Below the pieces are notes generated by a model that had not been told where the DNA came from, searched no databases, and worked only from the letters and a program-made list of their open reading frames with translations. A stretch of DNA of 64,000 nucleotides from an uncultured bacterium (GTDB lineage Bacteria > Verrucomicrobiota > Verrucomicrobiia > Verrucomicrobiales > DEV007), in contig CAXBMO010000025.1 in assembly GCA_963977015.1 (NCBI GenBank), positions 27,505 to 91,504 of the forward strand. Reading direction: 5' to 3'. Below are positions 10,843 to 21,147 of this stretch, in pieces. The position numbers were made by a program, and so were the translations under genes. Position 1 is the stretch's first letter. Every line of letters starts with the position of its first letter.

Positions 10843-13356
10843 TTAAGGAAGAAAACGAAATTCATGGCAATTCAGGAGCGCCCAACGCAGATCGGACATC
10901 CCGGATACAGCCTCCTCTCCTGCGTTACCGACAATCGCCTTGGCATCGGCAAACTCCTCAGCGGTCGGTTCACGGGTCAGGCATTCCAGATAAACGTGGT
11001 TGATCGCGGCATCGATATTGGCGTTAGGGCCGGTGACCATGTTGTGAAGCGGCTCCAACGTGCCAACGCGGGCAGCTTCGTGAGTCGCCTTGCCATTCAG
11101 CATCATAAGCTGCTGGCGGAGCGAAGCATTCTGCTCGCGGAACTCGCCCAGTGCAGCCCGGCTCGGTTGGCCAAACACGCGCACAAAGTGATCGGCCGGT
11201 GCCGGTGAAGCCATCCGCATGGTGCTGGAGAAACTGGGATTGTCATCCTTCTCCTCCTGGATGGTTTTGAGCTGATAACGCTGGGGACGACGCCGGTTCT
11301 GCTCGGCCATCATCCGCATCCGCTCCTGCTCGGCTAGCATTGCGTCAGCCTGTGCCTTCATCGAATCCAATTCGGATTCGGTCTTCGCGGCATCCGAGAG
11401 CACTTTTTTGAAGTCGATCTCAATCCCGGACTCCAGATCATAGCCCGCTCCAGCCGATTGCATGTTGTTCATCATGTTGGCGGTCATCCCCATGCTTGCC
11501 GAATCATTTGCCGCCACCTCGAGTGGATCTTCGCTCGTCTCACCGCTGATCGGAATGCGGATTTGTGTCGTCACCAAACGAACGTTCTCGCCCTGACGCC
11601 ACTTGCGCTCAGCCACATGGCCCGCTTGGACCACCGAATCGTAGATGGACTCGCCAATCATTCGGCGAACGGGGCTGGCGGTGAAGTTCTTCGACGCGAT
11701 CTCAATCATCGCTGGAGTGGCTTCAGGACCAAGATGACCGCGGCTGTAGGTCTCCGTCAGCATGATCATTTTGATCAAGGTTTTGAGATCGAAGCCCGAA
11801 GCAATGAACTCGCGGCTGATGTATTCGATCGTTTGCGGGTGCTTCAGCGCTTGGAACTCCGAGAAGTTGTCGAGCGGCTCGACAAAACCCTGCCCGTTCA
11901 ATTCCGCCCAGATCCGATTCACAAACGACCGGGAGAAATAGGTGTTGCGCGGACTGGTGACCATCCGAGCAACTTCCTGTCGCAGATCGCTCTCTTTGTG
12001 AAGGTCCTTGTAAACGTTCAGGTCTTCGCTCGCCTTTTTCGCCTCGGAAAGGACGTCAAACCCTCCAATTCCCTTGCTGGTCGTATCCAGATCCAGGAGC
12101 GTGTCCAGAGCATCGCCCTCGTCTTTCTTCGCCTCAATTTCGGCCTCAGCCTGGCGAATCGCGTTGAAACGGTTGATGAAATGGGGCGGCGTCTGGTAGC
12201 TCACCAACTCAAACGGGAAACGCGGTTTGACCGGCTCACGACTCGAAGGCTGCTCGCGCTCTGGTGGCCATTGAACTCGCTGCGTTTCTTCCTCGTCCAC
12301 TTTGGTGTAAAGAAGACGATCGCGAATCCGGACGTCACGCTGGACGGACTTTCCGAAGAAACTTGCCATCTCGTAAAATTCCATCTGGTTCCAGTCATCG
12401 AATGGATGGTCGTGACACTGCGCACAGGCCAGGCGAACCCCGAGGAAGATCTGGCTGGTCGCCGCCGCCATGTTCATGGGATCCGCTCCGTCTCCCAACA
12501 GGAAACCGACGGCCGGGTTCTGGGTCGTCCGGCCACTCGCCGAAATCAGCTCGTAGGCCATCTTGTCCCAAGCCACGTTTTCACTCACACATTGATGAAT
12601 CCAGGCCTGCAATTCGCGTCCGCCCCGGGCATTGGAGCGCACCCGAAGCATGTCGGAGTAGAAAACCATCCAGCGATCCGCAAAGCGCTCATCGTTGAGC
12701 AATTTGTCGATCTGTTTCTCACGCCGCTCCGCAGCAGGCCAAGACTGATATTCCCTGATGTCGTCTATCGTTGGGATGATACCGACGAGATCCACCGTCG
12801 CCCGGCGCAAAAACGCCATGTCGTCAATTTGCTCGCCTTTCAACGCTCCGCGCCGCTCATTTTCGTGCTCCAGAACCCTGTCGATGGTCTGCGCGACCTC
12901 GTGAAGATTCTTTGGAGCCTGATCCGGAAAGACCAGTTCATTCTTCGTCAGCTTTTGTTTGGCCGCCTTGAGCCGAATTCCTTCAGGCCAGGGCGCACCC
13001 GCAGCGACCCAACGCTTCAGAACATCGATTTGTTCCTGCGGCAAGACTTCGTCCGTCTCTTGCGGCATCACTTCATCGTCAGAAATCGGTAACACAATGC
13101 GCTCGATCAAGAGACTGTGTTCGGGATCGCCTTCGACCACGGCCGTATCCGTATCGCCTCCTTTCATCATCGCTTCGCGGGAGTGAAGTTGCAGTCCTCC
13201 CTTCTCCTTGCCGGTGCCGTGACATCGTAAACAGGCGGATTCCAGAATGGGTTTCACCTCTTTTTCAAAGTCCGGGCCGGAGGCGGCAGAAGCCAGGTCG
13301 AGAGGGAACAGTGCAACAGTAAAAGCGGCGAACAAAAGTCGTGCGATGCGGTCCAT
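10843..13356 (-). CDS. Planctomycete cytochrome c + DUF1549/DUF1553 protein
   Basis: CLRCH heme motif; FLRRATVDLVG, CAQCHDHPFD, VNRIWAEL.G.GFVEP, WALLNCHEF. Likely start at MDRIARLLF (13356); the ORF track starts at 13470. Confidence 0.88.
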   Translation of the reverse strand: MDRIARLLFAAFTVALFPLDLASAASGPDFEKEVKPILESACLRCHGTGKEKGGLQLHSREAMMKGGDTDTAVVEGDPEHSLLIERIVLPISDDEVMPQETDEVLPQEQIDVLKRWVAAGAPWPEGIRLKAAKQKLTKNELVFPDQAPKNLHEVAQTIDRVLEHENERRGALKGEQIDDMAFLRRATVDLVGIIPTIDDIREYQSWPAAERREKQIDKLLNDERFADRWMVFYSDMLRVRSNARGGRELQAWIHQCVSENVAWDKMAYELISASGRTTQNPAVGFLLGDGADPMNMAAATSQIFLGVRLACAQCHDHPFDDWNQMEFYEMASFFGKSVQRDVRIRDRLLYTKVDEEETQRVQWPPEREQPSSREPVKPRFPFELVSYQTPPHFINRFNAIRQAEAEIEAKKDEGDALDTLLDLDTTSKGIGGFDVLSEAKKASEDLNVYKDLHKESDLRQEVARMVTSPRNTYFSRSFVNRIWAELNGQGFVEPLDNFSEFQALKHPQTIEYISREFIASGFDLKTLIKMIMLTETYSRGHLGPEATPAMIEIASKNFTASPVRRMIGESIYDSVVQAGHVAERKWRQGENVRLVTTQIRIPISGETSEDPLEVAANDSASMGMTANMMNNMQSAGAGYDLESGIEIDFKKVLSDAAKTESELDSMKAQADAMLAEQERMRMMAEQNRRRPQRYQLKTIQEEKDDNPSFSSTMRMASPAPADHFVRVFGQPSRAALGEFREQNASLRQQLMMLNGKATHEAARVGTLEPLHNMVTGPNANIDAAINHVYLECLTREPTAEEFADAKAIVGNAGEEAVSGMSDLRWALLNCHEFRFLP

Positions 13357-13646
13357 GGGGTTTTGGAGTTGAATGAAGCCAAAACGTTCGGAAAAAACAT
13401 TTGTTAGCGGAGTAAATCCCCAACGCACTTTGGCCTTCATGATCTTGCGTCCGGAAATTCGTAGCGTCAATCTTGAAGTCGATACCTTTCACGAGAATGA
13501 TTTCCTGCCCAAGTTCCGGTTCCAAAGCCTTCCGGACAATTGAACATCAACCTGATCGGCAAAAATCCAGATCGCCATACACCGTATCTTCAAACCTACC
13601 GGGATAACTCTGATCGATTTCTATATCCTAAACCTGAGTGACGGTC

Positions 13647-15047
13647 TTAAGGCCTGAGTTCCTGAATGAAGGATCGGGATTCCTCATCCCAAATTCGCAG
13701 ATTCCCCGCAAAATCCCCGGTGATGACCTGTTTGCCATCCCAACCAAATACCGCCTGAATCGGAAGCGCTTCCAGTTCGCGGATCGGGCCGACCGCATTC
13801 CCATCCGTCTTCCACAAACGAAGCGTCCGATCGCGGCCAACGGTGAGGAAGCGGCCGTCACGGGCGAACGCGAGATCGAGAATCCCGGTTTGGCGCGTGT
13901 AACGTGAGGGCTCCTGCTTGACGGCGTGGGGACTGGCGGTTCGTGTCGGCCAACCGTCTTTCATATCCCAGAGGACGAATTTGCCGTCTTCACCGGCCGA
14001 CGCCAGCAGCTGCCCGTCCGCGCGCCAACTCAGGCTCGTGATCCTGACCTTGTGTTCGTCCAACGAGTAGAGAATGCCCGCGGATTCACTCTCCCAGATG
14101 TGAATCCCGCCGTTGCGGTCACCGGTTGCCAGCATCTTGCCGTCCGGGCTGAACCGAACGGCGCTAACCCAGTCAGTGTGCTTGTCGATCGTGTGCAACT
14201 GCTGTCCATTTTCTGCGGAGAAAATCTTCACCTTTTTCGCAGGCGTGCCGATCGCGACGAAGCGGTGATCAGAACTGACGTCGGCAGAAAGCACAATATC
14301 CTGCTCGTCACCGATCGTGGCTTTTCGCTGGCCGGTTCGCACGTCGAAGACGGCTACCTTTCCAGAATGAGCGCCCTCGCCGCCCGCGGCGACCAGCAAA
14401 TCGCCATTCCGCGAAAAGCGCAGGTCATGAACGTCTCCTTCGGGAAACGGCAGAATGCCCAAAAGCGCCCATTCTTCGTTTTCTGCCGGTCTACCATAAA
14501 GGAGAATCTGCTTGTGTCCGTTCACCGCGATCAGATTCGCCCACGGGCTGCTCGCAAGAGCGAGGATCGGCGGCGCGACCCGAGTTTTGGCCAGCGGAAC
14601 TTTGGGCAGATTGGTGGGCATTGCAGGGTTCTCCGGCCGTTCCATCGAACCTGTCGCAAGATCAAACCGAACGTTGCGCAGCTTCGACTTTCCGCCTTCC
14701 GCTTCAAGTAAGCCGCCCCCAATCCACTTGTGAATCAGCGCAATCTGCGCCTCGCCGATCTTCGGTTTCTTTGGCGGCATCGCTTCGACATCTTCGGCGT
14801 GGATGATCGATTCGTAGAGCCAGCTTGTATCCGGAACACCTGCCTTGACGACCTCGCCTCCGGAACTGCCTTTGACCACACCTGAGTAGCTCGTGAGATC
14901 GAGATCGGCCTTCCGTTTGTCAGGATTATGGCAGCCGTTGCAGTGCTGTTTGAAGATCGGGAGGACGTGATCTTCGAAATTCGGCGGCTCGGCCGCGCCA
15001 GCAGCTGCGGCAAGAATCAGGATGAGAAAAAAAATGCGACTCATCAC
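13647..15047 (-). CDS. Planctomycete cytochrome c + WD40-repeat protein
   Basis: Signal peptide, CNGCH, WD40 repeats (HTDWVSAVRFSPDGKMLATGDRNG; SLSWRADGQLLASAGEDG). Confidence 0.9.
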   Translation of the reverse strand: MMSRIFFLILILAAAAGAAEPPNFEDHVLPIFKQHCNGCHNPDKRKADLDLTSYSGVVKGSSGGEVVKAGVPDTSWLYESIIHAEDVEAMPPKKPKIGEAQIALIHKWIGGGLLEAEGGKSKLRNVRFDLATGSMERPENPAMPTNLPKVPLAKTRVAPPILALASSPWANLIAVNGHKQILLYGRPAENEEWALLGILPFPEGDVHDLRFSRNGDLLVAAGGEGAHSGKVAVFDVRTGQRKATIGDEQDIVLSADVSSDHRFVAIGTPAKKVKIFSAENGQQLHTIDKHTDWVSAVRFSPDGKMLATGDRNGGIHIWESESAGILYSLDEHKVRITSLSWRADGQLLASAGEDGKFVLWDMKDGWPTRTASPHAVKQEPSRYTRQTGILDLAFARDGRFLTVGRDRTLRLWKTDGNAVGPIRELEALPIQAVFGWDGKQVITGDFAGNLRIWDEESRSFIQELRP

Positions 15048-15050
15048 GGC

Positions 15051-17240
15051 TCAATGGTTAAACATGAATTCACTCGAGTTGAGAAGCCCCCAGAGGACGT
15101 TGTCGAACGCTTTGTGTCGCGCCTGCCGATCGGCGGATTCCGGAAGCATCTCAAGAATTCCGTTCAACTCCGTTTCGGTCGGCTTGCGGGAAAGCGCGCG
15201 AATGTAGAGCGTTTCGATGATCGGCTCGTTCGTGTCGAATTGGTCCAACAAATTGGGAATCAGCTTGGGATTTCGCTGAAGGGCGTGGTCGATGGTTTGG
15301 CCGTTGATGAGGTGGAGCGCCTGCGAAAGGTTGGCCTCGGTTTTGTCCTCACATGCACACACACTCTCGCGCCGCGCTTGTCCGAACGTCGTGAAAAAGT
15401 ACGCATTGAAGTTGTCGCGGCGGCCGCCTTCGAACATCACCAGCGCACGGTCGGCGGAGGATCGGCGGAATCGATGTTTGTAGTCGAGCGCGGCGCAGAG
15501 GCAGTCAAAGAACACGTCGGCGCGCATTCGGCGAAGTTGTGCGTGAGAGAAAAGCGCGTCGTCCTGAGCATTGCTTTGATTGGTGGTGGCTGAGAGTTGA
15601 TAAGTTCGCGAAAGGCAGATATCTCGAATCAGCTTTCGTTGATCATAACCATATTCTTCTCCGAGCTTACGTCCCAGCTCATCGAGTAACGCGGCGTTGC
15701 TCGGCGGATTGCTGATGCGGAAATCATCGACCGGCTCCACGATGCCGCGCCCGAAGAAATGTGCCCAGATCCGGTTGGCGATGTTTTCACGGAAGAGTCG
15801 GTTTTCCGGAGAAGTCAGCCACGCGGCCAACACCTTCCGCGCGTCTTTGTCGGCGACGTCCGCGTACTCGCCTCCGAGGAATTTGTGGGCCATCGGCTGG
15901 CCGTCAACCGGGTGAAGTGCAGGCTCAGCATCGACGTCAACGAATGTGAAATACTCTCTGGCTTCCGAGCCGTGCTTGCGGCGAACGCCCATGAAAAACG
16001 ATTGGAACGCGTAATAATCTTCGATCGTCCAGCGATCGAATGGGTGGTTGTGGCACTGCGCGCACTGCGTGCGAATGCCCATGAATATCTGCGCCGTGTC
16101 CTCGCTCAAGCGGACCGGATCGACTTTGCCCTGCGGAATCATCGTATAATAGTTCGAAGGCGGGCTGGTTAAATTGGAGCCGTTGCCGCTCAGCAGTTGC
16201 TGGGCGAACTCGTCGATCGGCGTGTTCTCGACCATGTTTTCTCGAACCCACTGGTAGTAATTCCAGCCGGCCTGCATTGCGGTCCCGCGTTCCGGATTCG
16301 TGTCCGTGAAAATCCGCAACCACTCGCCCCAGCGGGCCGCCCAGACTTCCCCAAACGCGTCGCGCGACATGAGTTCATCAACGAGCTTTCTGCGCTTGTC
16401 AGGATCATCCGATGCAAGAAATCCCGTGTATTCTTCTGGCGTCGGCAACGTGCCAGTAAGATCGATCGTCGCACGCCGGAGGAATTGTTCGTCGCTGCAC
16501 AGGTCCGAAGAAAGGATGCGCATGTCTTGAAGTTTCGCAAAGACGAGCGCATCGACGTAGTTGTTCTCTGGCGGATTTGGCCAGACGAATTCGCCCTCAG
16601 GCAACACGGTGATCTCCATCCCAACGGTAAATTTGTCGAACCGCGCGAAAACATGCGCGCCACCAGCTTTCTTCGCCTCAACCACGCCGTCCTCGTTGAT
16701 CGGAGCGACGGATTCGTTGTTGCCCATGAACAGGCACCATCGAGTCACGTCGCGCTCCGAACCATCGGCGTAAATCGCCGTCACTTCAGCAGTCAGCGAA
16801 CCGCCGGGCCGTTCGAATTTGTGCGTCTCAGCCTGAAAACGGATCCCCGTCGCGAGCGGTGTTTCTTCCAGATCACGCGGAGCGCCCTGGTTGAGCCAGT
16901 CGAGGATGATTTGGTAGGACTCCGAGTCTTTTGCAAAAAGTTCGCCGCCGGTGTGGGAGACAGCGCCGGTCGCTTTTTGAAGAAGAAGACTCCTTTCAGG
17001 CTCCACAAGATTCACCCGCCGCCCGGGATGTTCCTCCATCAATCGAAAGTAGTCACCTTCCGAATCGTAGCCAAAAAGCGATAGCGTAAACCCGTCCTGG
17101 CCGCGGCTCGAGCCATGGCAGTCGCCCGCGTTGCAGCCCGATTTCAGAAAGATCGGCATCACGTCGTTCTTGAAGCTGACAACCTCGGCTTCAGCAGCTG
17201 CTGCCACAAAAAGGAAAATGGAAATGAAGGATGTTTTCAT
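15051..17240 (-). CDS. DUF1549/DUF1553 protein with Ig-like (Big_2) segment
   Basis: GCNAGDCHG, FLRRATIDLTG, CAQCHNHPFDRW, ANRIWAHFFGRGIVEPVDD, LLNSSEFMFNH. Confidence 0.9.
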   Translation of the reverse strand: MKTSFISIFLFVAAAAEAEVVSFKNDVMPIFLKSGCNAGDCHGSSRGQDGFTLSLFGYDSEGDYFRLMEEHPGRRVNLVEPERSLLLQKATGAVSHTGGELFAKDSESYQIILDWLNQGAPRDLEETPLATGIRFQAETHKFERPGGSLTAEVTAIYADGSERDVTRWCLFMGNNESVAPINEDGVVEAKKAGGAHVFARFDKFTVGMEITVLPEGEFVWPNPPENNYVDALVFAKLQDMRILSSDLCSDEQFLRRATIDLTGTLPTPEEYTGFLASDDPDKRRKLVDELMSRDAFGEVWAARWGEWLRIFTDTNPERGTAMQAGWNYYQWVRENMVENTPIDEFAQQLLSGNGSNLTSPPSNYYTMIPQGKVDPVRLSEDTAQIFMGIRTQCAQCHNHPFDRWTIEDYYAFQSFFMGVRRKHGSEAREYFTFVDVDAEPALHPVDGQPMAHKFLGGEYADVADKDARKVLAAWLTSPENRLFRENIANRIWAHFFGRGIVEPVDDFRISNPPSNAALLDELGRKLGEEYGYDQRKLIRDICLSRTYQLSATTNQSNAQDDALFSHAQLRRMRADVFFDCLCAALDYKHRFRRSSADRALVMFEGGRRDNFNAYFFTTFGQARRESVCACEDKTEANLSQALHLINGQTIDHALQRNPKLIPNLLDQFDTNEPIIETLYIRALSRKPTETELNGILEMLPESADRQARHKAFDNVLWGLLNSSEFMFNH

Positions 17241-19723
17241 GGTTCGTTTCGCTTCGGGTCAATCCTGAGAACCCCATTGCCCGTCTGCTGGTGGATCTCT
17301 TGCCCGGCGTCTGTGATCGCGATGTCGCAGGCAAGTTCTTTGTATTGCCCGGTCAGGGCGTCTTCGGCGATGTCCAGTTGGAACCGGACTTCCGTATCGC
17401 CGGGTTTGATCTTCAGTTCTTCGGCGAGGCTGACCCCGTTCGGAAGTCGCAGAAGACGCGCCGTCGCGACTCCGTTGAATTCCCGAAGCTGCCGAATCTC
17501 TCCGACAATTTCGCCGCGTTTTCCCTGCTCGATGGCGGCGCGTTGCAGTTCGATTTCAAGATACGGATCCGTCACTTCAACGGCAATGAATGGCGAAGCA
17601 ATGTAGTGAAAACCAACGCCGGAGCGCGGGTCGCCGCCTTCGTTTTCGCGAGCGGTGATCGTCAGTCGATACTTGCCCGACTTGGCCTGACTCGTCGCGG
17701 AGATTTTGTAATCACCCACGTCTTCGCCCTCAGCGAGGATCATCGGCGGCTGCTTGGCGACTCCGGCAGGAAGCCAGTCCATTTCCAGGTAGATCGCGCC
17801 GGTGAAATCGTCCTTTCGCCTCACATGAACTTTAAGATCAAGCTCCGCGTTTTTGGCGAGACCGATTTCTGGCTCTTCGATCCAAACGTCGAACGGAGCT
17901 TCTTCCAAAACGGCGAACGCGAGCTTGCGCGTTTTGTTGAACACCGGCGAATAGTCTCCACGCTGAGCATTCGAGGCATGCGTCTGCGCGAAGGCTCCTG
18001 ACAATTTTACATTCTCGTCAATCGGACGCGGCGTCAGCTCCAGAACCGCCGTCTGGAGATCGACGTCAACCGGCGCACGGAACGTCGTCATGATCACTGG
18101 ATCGTTCTTCGTGAAAACCGGCCCTTCAAATTCGACGCCTTCCGGCAGACCGCTGATTTCCAAACGCATCGGCCCATCGAACTGCGATCCGAACCCGTTC
18201 AGAATCGCGAAATGCCGCGCCATCGTCGAACCTCGATGAATCGCGATCACGTCGCGAACGATCGTCGACTGCGACGGAGAATCTTGATAGTAAGCGAACA
18301 GACTATCGCGATGCGGCTGGAATTCGACGCGGTAAATGTAGTCCTCGCCAAACTCCCGGCGCGTGTCGGCAACGCCAATCAAGTAATCGCCGTCGGCGTC
18401 CGGCTCGAACATGAAAACTGGATCGAGTCGATCTTTGACCTGATGCCGATAGTGATGACCTTCCCAATCGTGTCCATCCCAGATTGAGTCATCTTCCTCG
18501 TAAACGCGCGTGCTCGAATTGCCTTCCGCGGGCTTGATCCAGACGAACGGATCGAGCTTTGATCCCAACGTCTGCGCGTAAACTCGGACGCGATAGCGCT
18601 CGCCCTTTTTTGCGGAGAATCGATACCAATCCTTCTCGCCTTCGGTCTTGATAATGCCATTCAGCGCAACCGGCAGCTGCTGGCCGATTGATTGCGGTTC
18701 CTCGCCTTCGATCTCCATCACGTTGGGAAACGGCGCGACTTGAATCCGATTCGGCGATGGGATTTCCGGAAGGTCCGCGACGGTGTTCAGTTCGACCATC
18801 GACTGCTCAAACGGCCCAACGGTTTTCGGTAGCTTCGCCTTCAAAATGCCGCGCGTGCCATCGAGATAGAACACGTCGAGATCGAGTTCCTCGCCAAGTT
18901 GACCGCCTAACGGATACGTAATCGCCGGACGCGCGAAGTCACCGATGTGAAGTCCATAATGAATCCGAGTCCGTTCGACATCCATCATCTGGCTCACGGA
19001 CACAAGGTAGTCGCCGGTCTCCGGCGCGATGAATGAAACCACCGGATCGTGGGCGAACAGCGGCGACCGACCGTTGCGCGCGACGCGTTTTCCAGACGGC
19101 GAGGTCACTTCGATTTTCATGTCGGTCAGGTCGCCGTAGTGGACCGTGCCGAGCCTTGCGTTAAGGATCTGGCAGGTGCAGCACTGACCTTCGCTGAGTT
19201 TAACGCGGTAGATATCCCAGTCGTTGGCTCGCTCGTTCTGGACCTGATAACCGACGACCGTGGAATTCAGCGGAACCTCCTGCGCATACTCAGGCGAATC
19301 ATTTCGGGTCTCGTCCTTGTCCCAAAATGGATGCGCTTCCTGAACGACCGGAAACGGCGTAACCCAAAAACTGAGCAACTCCGACAACTTCTTCCGCGTT
19401 CGCAAGCGCAGATAGTATTCGCCAAGTGCCGCGTCGGGAGCGATCTCGAGATCCAGTTCGATCGCCTTCCCTTCTTCGACATCCATCGGCGTGCCGAATT
19501 GAGGGTGCGGAACGGTCTCAAGCGGACGAATCGCTGTGCAGCGAATCCCCGGCTGATAGAAGAGAACCTCCTCCGCGGTCTGAAGCCGCCAGCCTTCAAT
19601 CCGGACGGTCACGTTCGTTCCACGCTGCCCGATCTGCGGCAGGATGAAGGAAGCGGTGTTCGGTTCCTGGGCCCAAATCGTCGGCACGGCCAACAACCAA
19701 AGAATCAGCGCGATGCGAATCAT
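17237..19723 (-). CDS. PPC (pre-peptidase C-terminal)-repeat protein of DUF1501/DUF1549 clusters
   Basis: PQIGQRGTNV, DWYRFSAKKGERY..GSKLDP motifs; overlaps both neighbours by 4 nt. Confidence 0.75.
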   Translation of the reverse strand: MIRIALILWLLAVPTIWAQEPNTASFILPQIGQRGTNVTVRIEGWRLQTAEEVLFYQPGIRCTAIRPLETVPHPQFGTPMDVEEGKAIELDLEIAPDAALGEYYLRLRTRKKLSELLSFWVTPFPVVQEAHPFWDKDETRNDSPEYAQEVPLNSTVVGYQVQNERANDWDIYRVKLSEGQCCTCQILNARLGTVHYGDLTDMKIEVTSPSGKRVARNGRSPLFAHDPVVSFIAPETGDYLVSVSQMMDVERTRIHYGLHIGDFARPAITYPLGGQLGEELDLDVFYLDGTRGILKAKLPKTVGPFEQSMVELNTVADLPEIPSPNRIQVAPFPNVMEIEGEEPQSIGQQLPVALNGIIKTEGEKDWYRFSAKKGERYRVRVYAQTLGSKLDPFVWIKPAEGNSSTRVYEEDDSIWDGHDWEGHHYRHQVKDRLDPVFMFEPDADGDYLIGVADTRREFGEDYIYRVEFQPHRDSLFAYYQDSPSQSTIVRDVIAIHRGSTMARHFAILNGFGSQFDGPMRLEISGLPEGVEFEGPVFTKNDPVIMTTFRAPVDVDLQTAVLELTPRPIDENVKLSGAFAQTHASNAQRGDYSPVFNKTRKLAFAVLEEAPFDVWIEEPEIGLAKNAELDLKVHVRRKDDFTGAIYLEMDWLPAGVAKQPPMILAEGEDVGDYKISATSQAKSGKYRLTITARENEGGDPRSGVGFHYIASPFIAVEVTDPYLEIELQRAAIEQGKRGEIVGEIRQLREFNGVATARLLRLPNGVSLAEELKIKPGDTEVRFQLDIAEDALTGQYKELACDIAITDAGQEIHQQTGNGVLRIDPKRNEP

Positions 19724-21090
19724 GCGATCAACGCCTCGACGGGTTTGCCTTCATTCACGATCTCGATTGGCCGGTCGCCCGGCGCCATCAGCTCCTTCTG
19801 CGAGTTGATCCCGATCAGTTTGTAGATCGTCGAGTGCAGATCGTGGAGCGGTACAGGATCGTTGGCAGGCGCGCTCGAAGTTGCATCGACCGATCCGTAA
19901 AACTGACCGCGATTCAATCCGCCGCCAGCCATCGCCATCGAGAATACCCGCGACCAGTGATCGCGCCCAGCAGACGCGTTGACCTTCGGCGTGCGGCCGA
20001 ATTCGTGCGCCACCCAGATCAACGTGCTGTCGAGCATCCCACGCTCATCGAGGTCGTTGATCAGCGCCGCGATCGCGTGGTCGAACGCCGGCATTTGGGT
20101 TTGATAGACCTCGCGAAGCTGCACATGCGTGTCCCAGCCTGCATAGGTCAGCGATACAAATCGCGCCCCGGCCTCGACCAACCGGCGCGCCAACAACATC
20201 CGGCCTCCCGCTTCCGAGCCGAATGACTTTCCGTAGGTTCCGCGCTCGAGGAATTTGCCCATCCCGTAGCGCTCCTTCATATTTTCCGGCTCCTGCGACA
20301 TGTCGAACGCGTTGCGAACGGCTTCGCTCGAAATCATCGTGTAGGCCTGCTGGTAGTACGAATCCATCGTCTCCAACGCCGCCGGATTCGATTCCAGTTT
20401 GCGGAATTGATCGTTCACCAATTGCCGAATCGCCTTACGATCATCAAACGCCCCGATGTCCACGCCGTTCGGCAAACTGAGATCGCGGACTTGGAAACTG
20501 TCGCCCTGCGCCGGATCTCCGCCCACGCCGAACGCACCGTATTTGTCGCTGAGATAGCCGGTTCCACCACCCGGCAGATTTTCAACGGTTGGCACGCCGA
20601 TGTAGCCCGGCAACCCGTTGCGCGGACCAAACTCATGATTCACCACCGCGCCGACCGACGGATGCTTGATCGCCTGACTCGGCTTCTGTCCGGTGATCAT
20701 GTTGTAGGTCGCCAAACCGTGATCCGGGATGTTGCCGACGACCGAACGCACGACGCACATCTTGTCGGCGATCTTCGCCTGTTCCGGCATCAATTCGCTG
20801 AGGATCACGCCCGGAATTTTCGTCTTCACGAATCCAAACGGCCCGCGGTATTCGAGTGGCGACTCCGGCTGCGGGTTCCACGATTCCTGTGCCGCGATCC
20901 CGCCTGGCAAAATGATCTGGATGACGCTCTTCGCCGTCCCCTCCTTCGAATCGAACCACTTCTGCGCGGCTTCGACGCGATAGACGTTTCCGAGCGTGAG
21001 CCCCACGCCCGCGAGCGAACCAACGCGTAAAATGTCGCGGCGCGAGCGGCGGTTGGTTTGTTGGAAATCGGAACAGCCAGAGTTTTTCAT
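19720..21090 (-). CDS. DUF1501 family protein (Tat-exported)
   Basis: SRRDILRVG; LARRLVEAGARFV, GWDTH, EFGRTPKVNASAGRDHW. Confidence 0.9.
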   Translation of the reverse strand: MKNSGCSDFQQTNRRSRRDILRVGSLAGVGLTLGNVYRVEAAQKWFDSKEGTAKSVIQIILPGGIAAQESWNPQPESPLEYRGPFGFVKTKIPGVILSELMPEQAKIADKMCVVRSVVGNIPDHGLATYNMITGQKPSQAIKHPSVGAVVNHEFGPRNGLPGYIGVPTVENLPGGGTGYLSDKYGAFGVGGDPAQGDSFQVRDLSLPNGVDIGAFDDRKAIRQLVNDQFRKLESNPAALETMDSYYQQAYTMISSEAVRNAFDMSQEPENMKERYGMGKFLERGTYGKSFGSEAGGRMLLARRLVEAGARFVSLTYAGWDTHVQLREVYQTQMPAFDHAIAALINDLDERGMLDSTLIWVAHEFGRTPKVNASAGRDHWSRVFSMAMAGGGLNRGQFYGSVDATSSAPANDPVPLHDLHSTIYKLIGINSQKELMAPGDRPIEIVNEGKPVEALIA

Positions 21091-21134
21091 CGTGAGAGTC
21101 TGAGTTGGAAACGAATGCGGGAGTTCATGATTTT

Positions 21135-21145
21135 CTTAGCAGGGA
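21135..21145 (-). promoter_or_regulatory. Putative ECF -35 element TCCCTGCTAAG (copy 2), upstream of the DUF1501 operon
   Basis: Identical 11-mer (+ strand CTTAGCAGGGA) also at 23876-23886, upstream of the sigma gene; CAT follows 16-17 nt downstream in both. Confidence 0.5.
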
Positions 21146-21147
21146 TT

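Noticed and set aside
13505-13540. GGAACTT / TGTCCG..GGAACT upstream of the 13356 gene as another ECF promoter
   Set aside because: Single copy, and the spacing (15 nt) does not fit either repeated motif.
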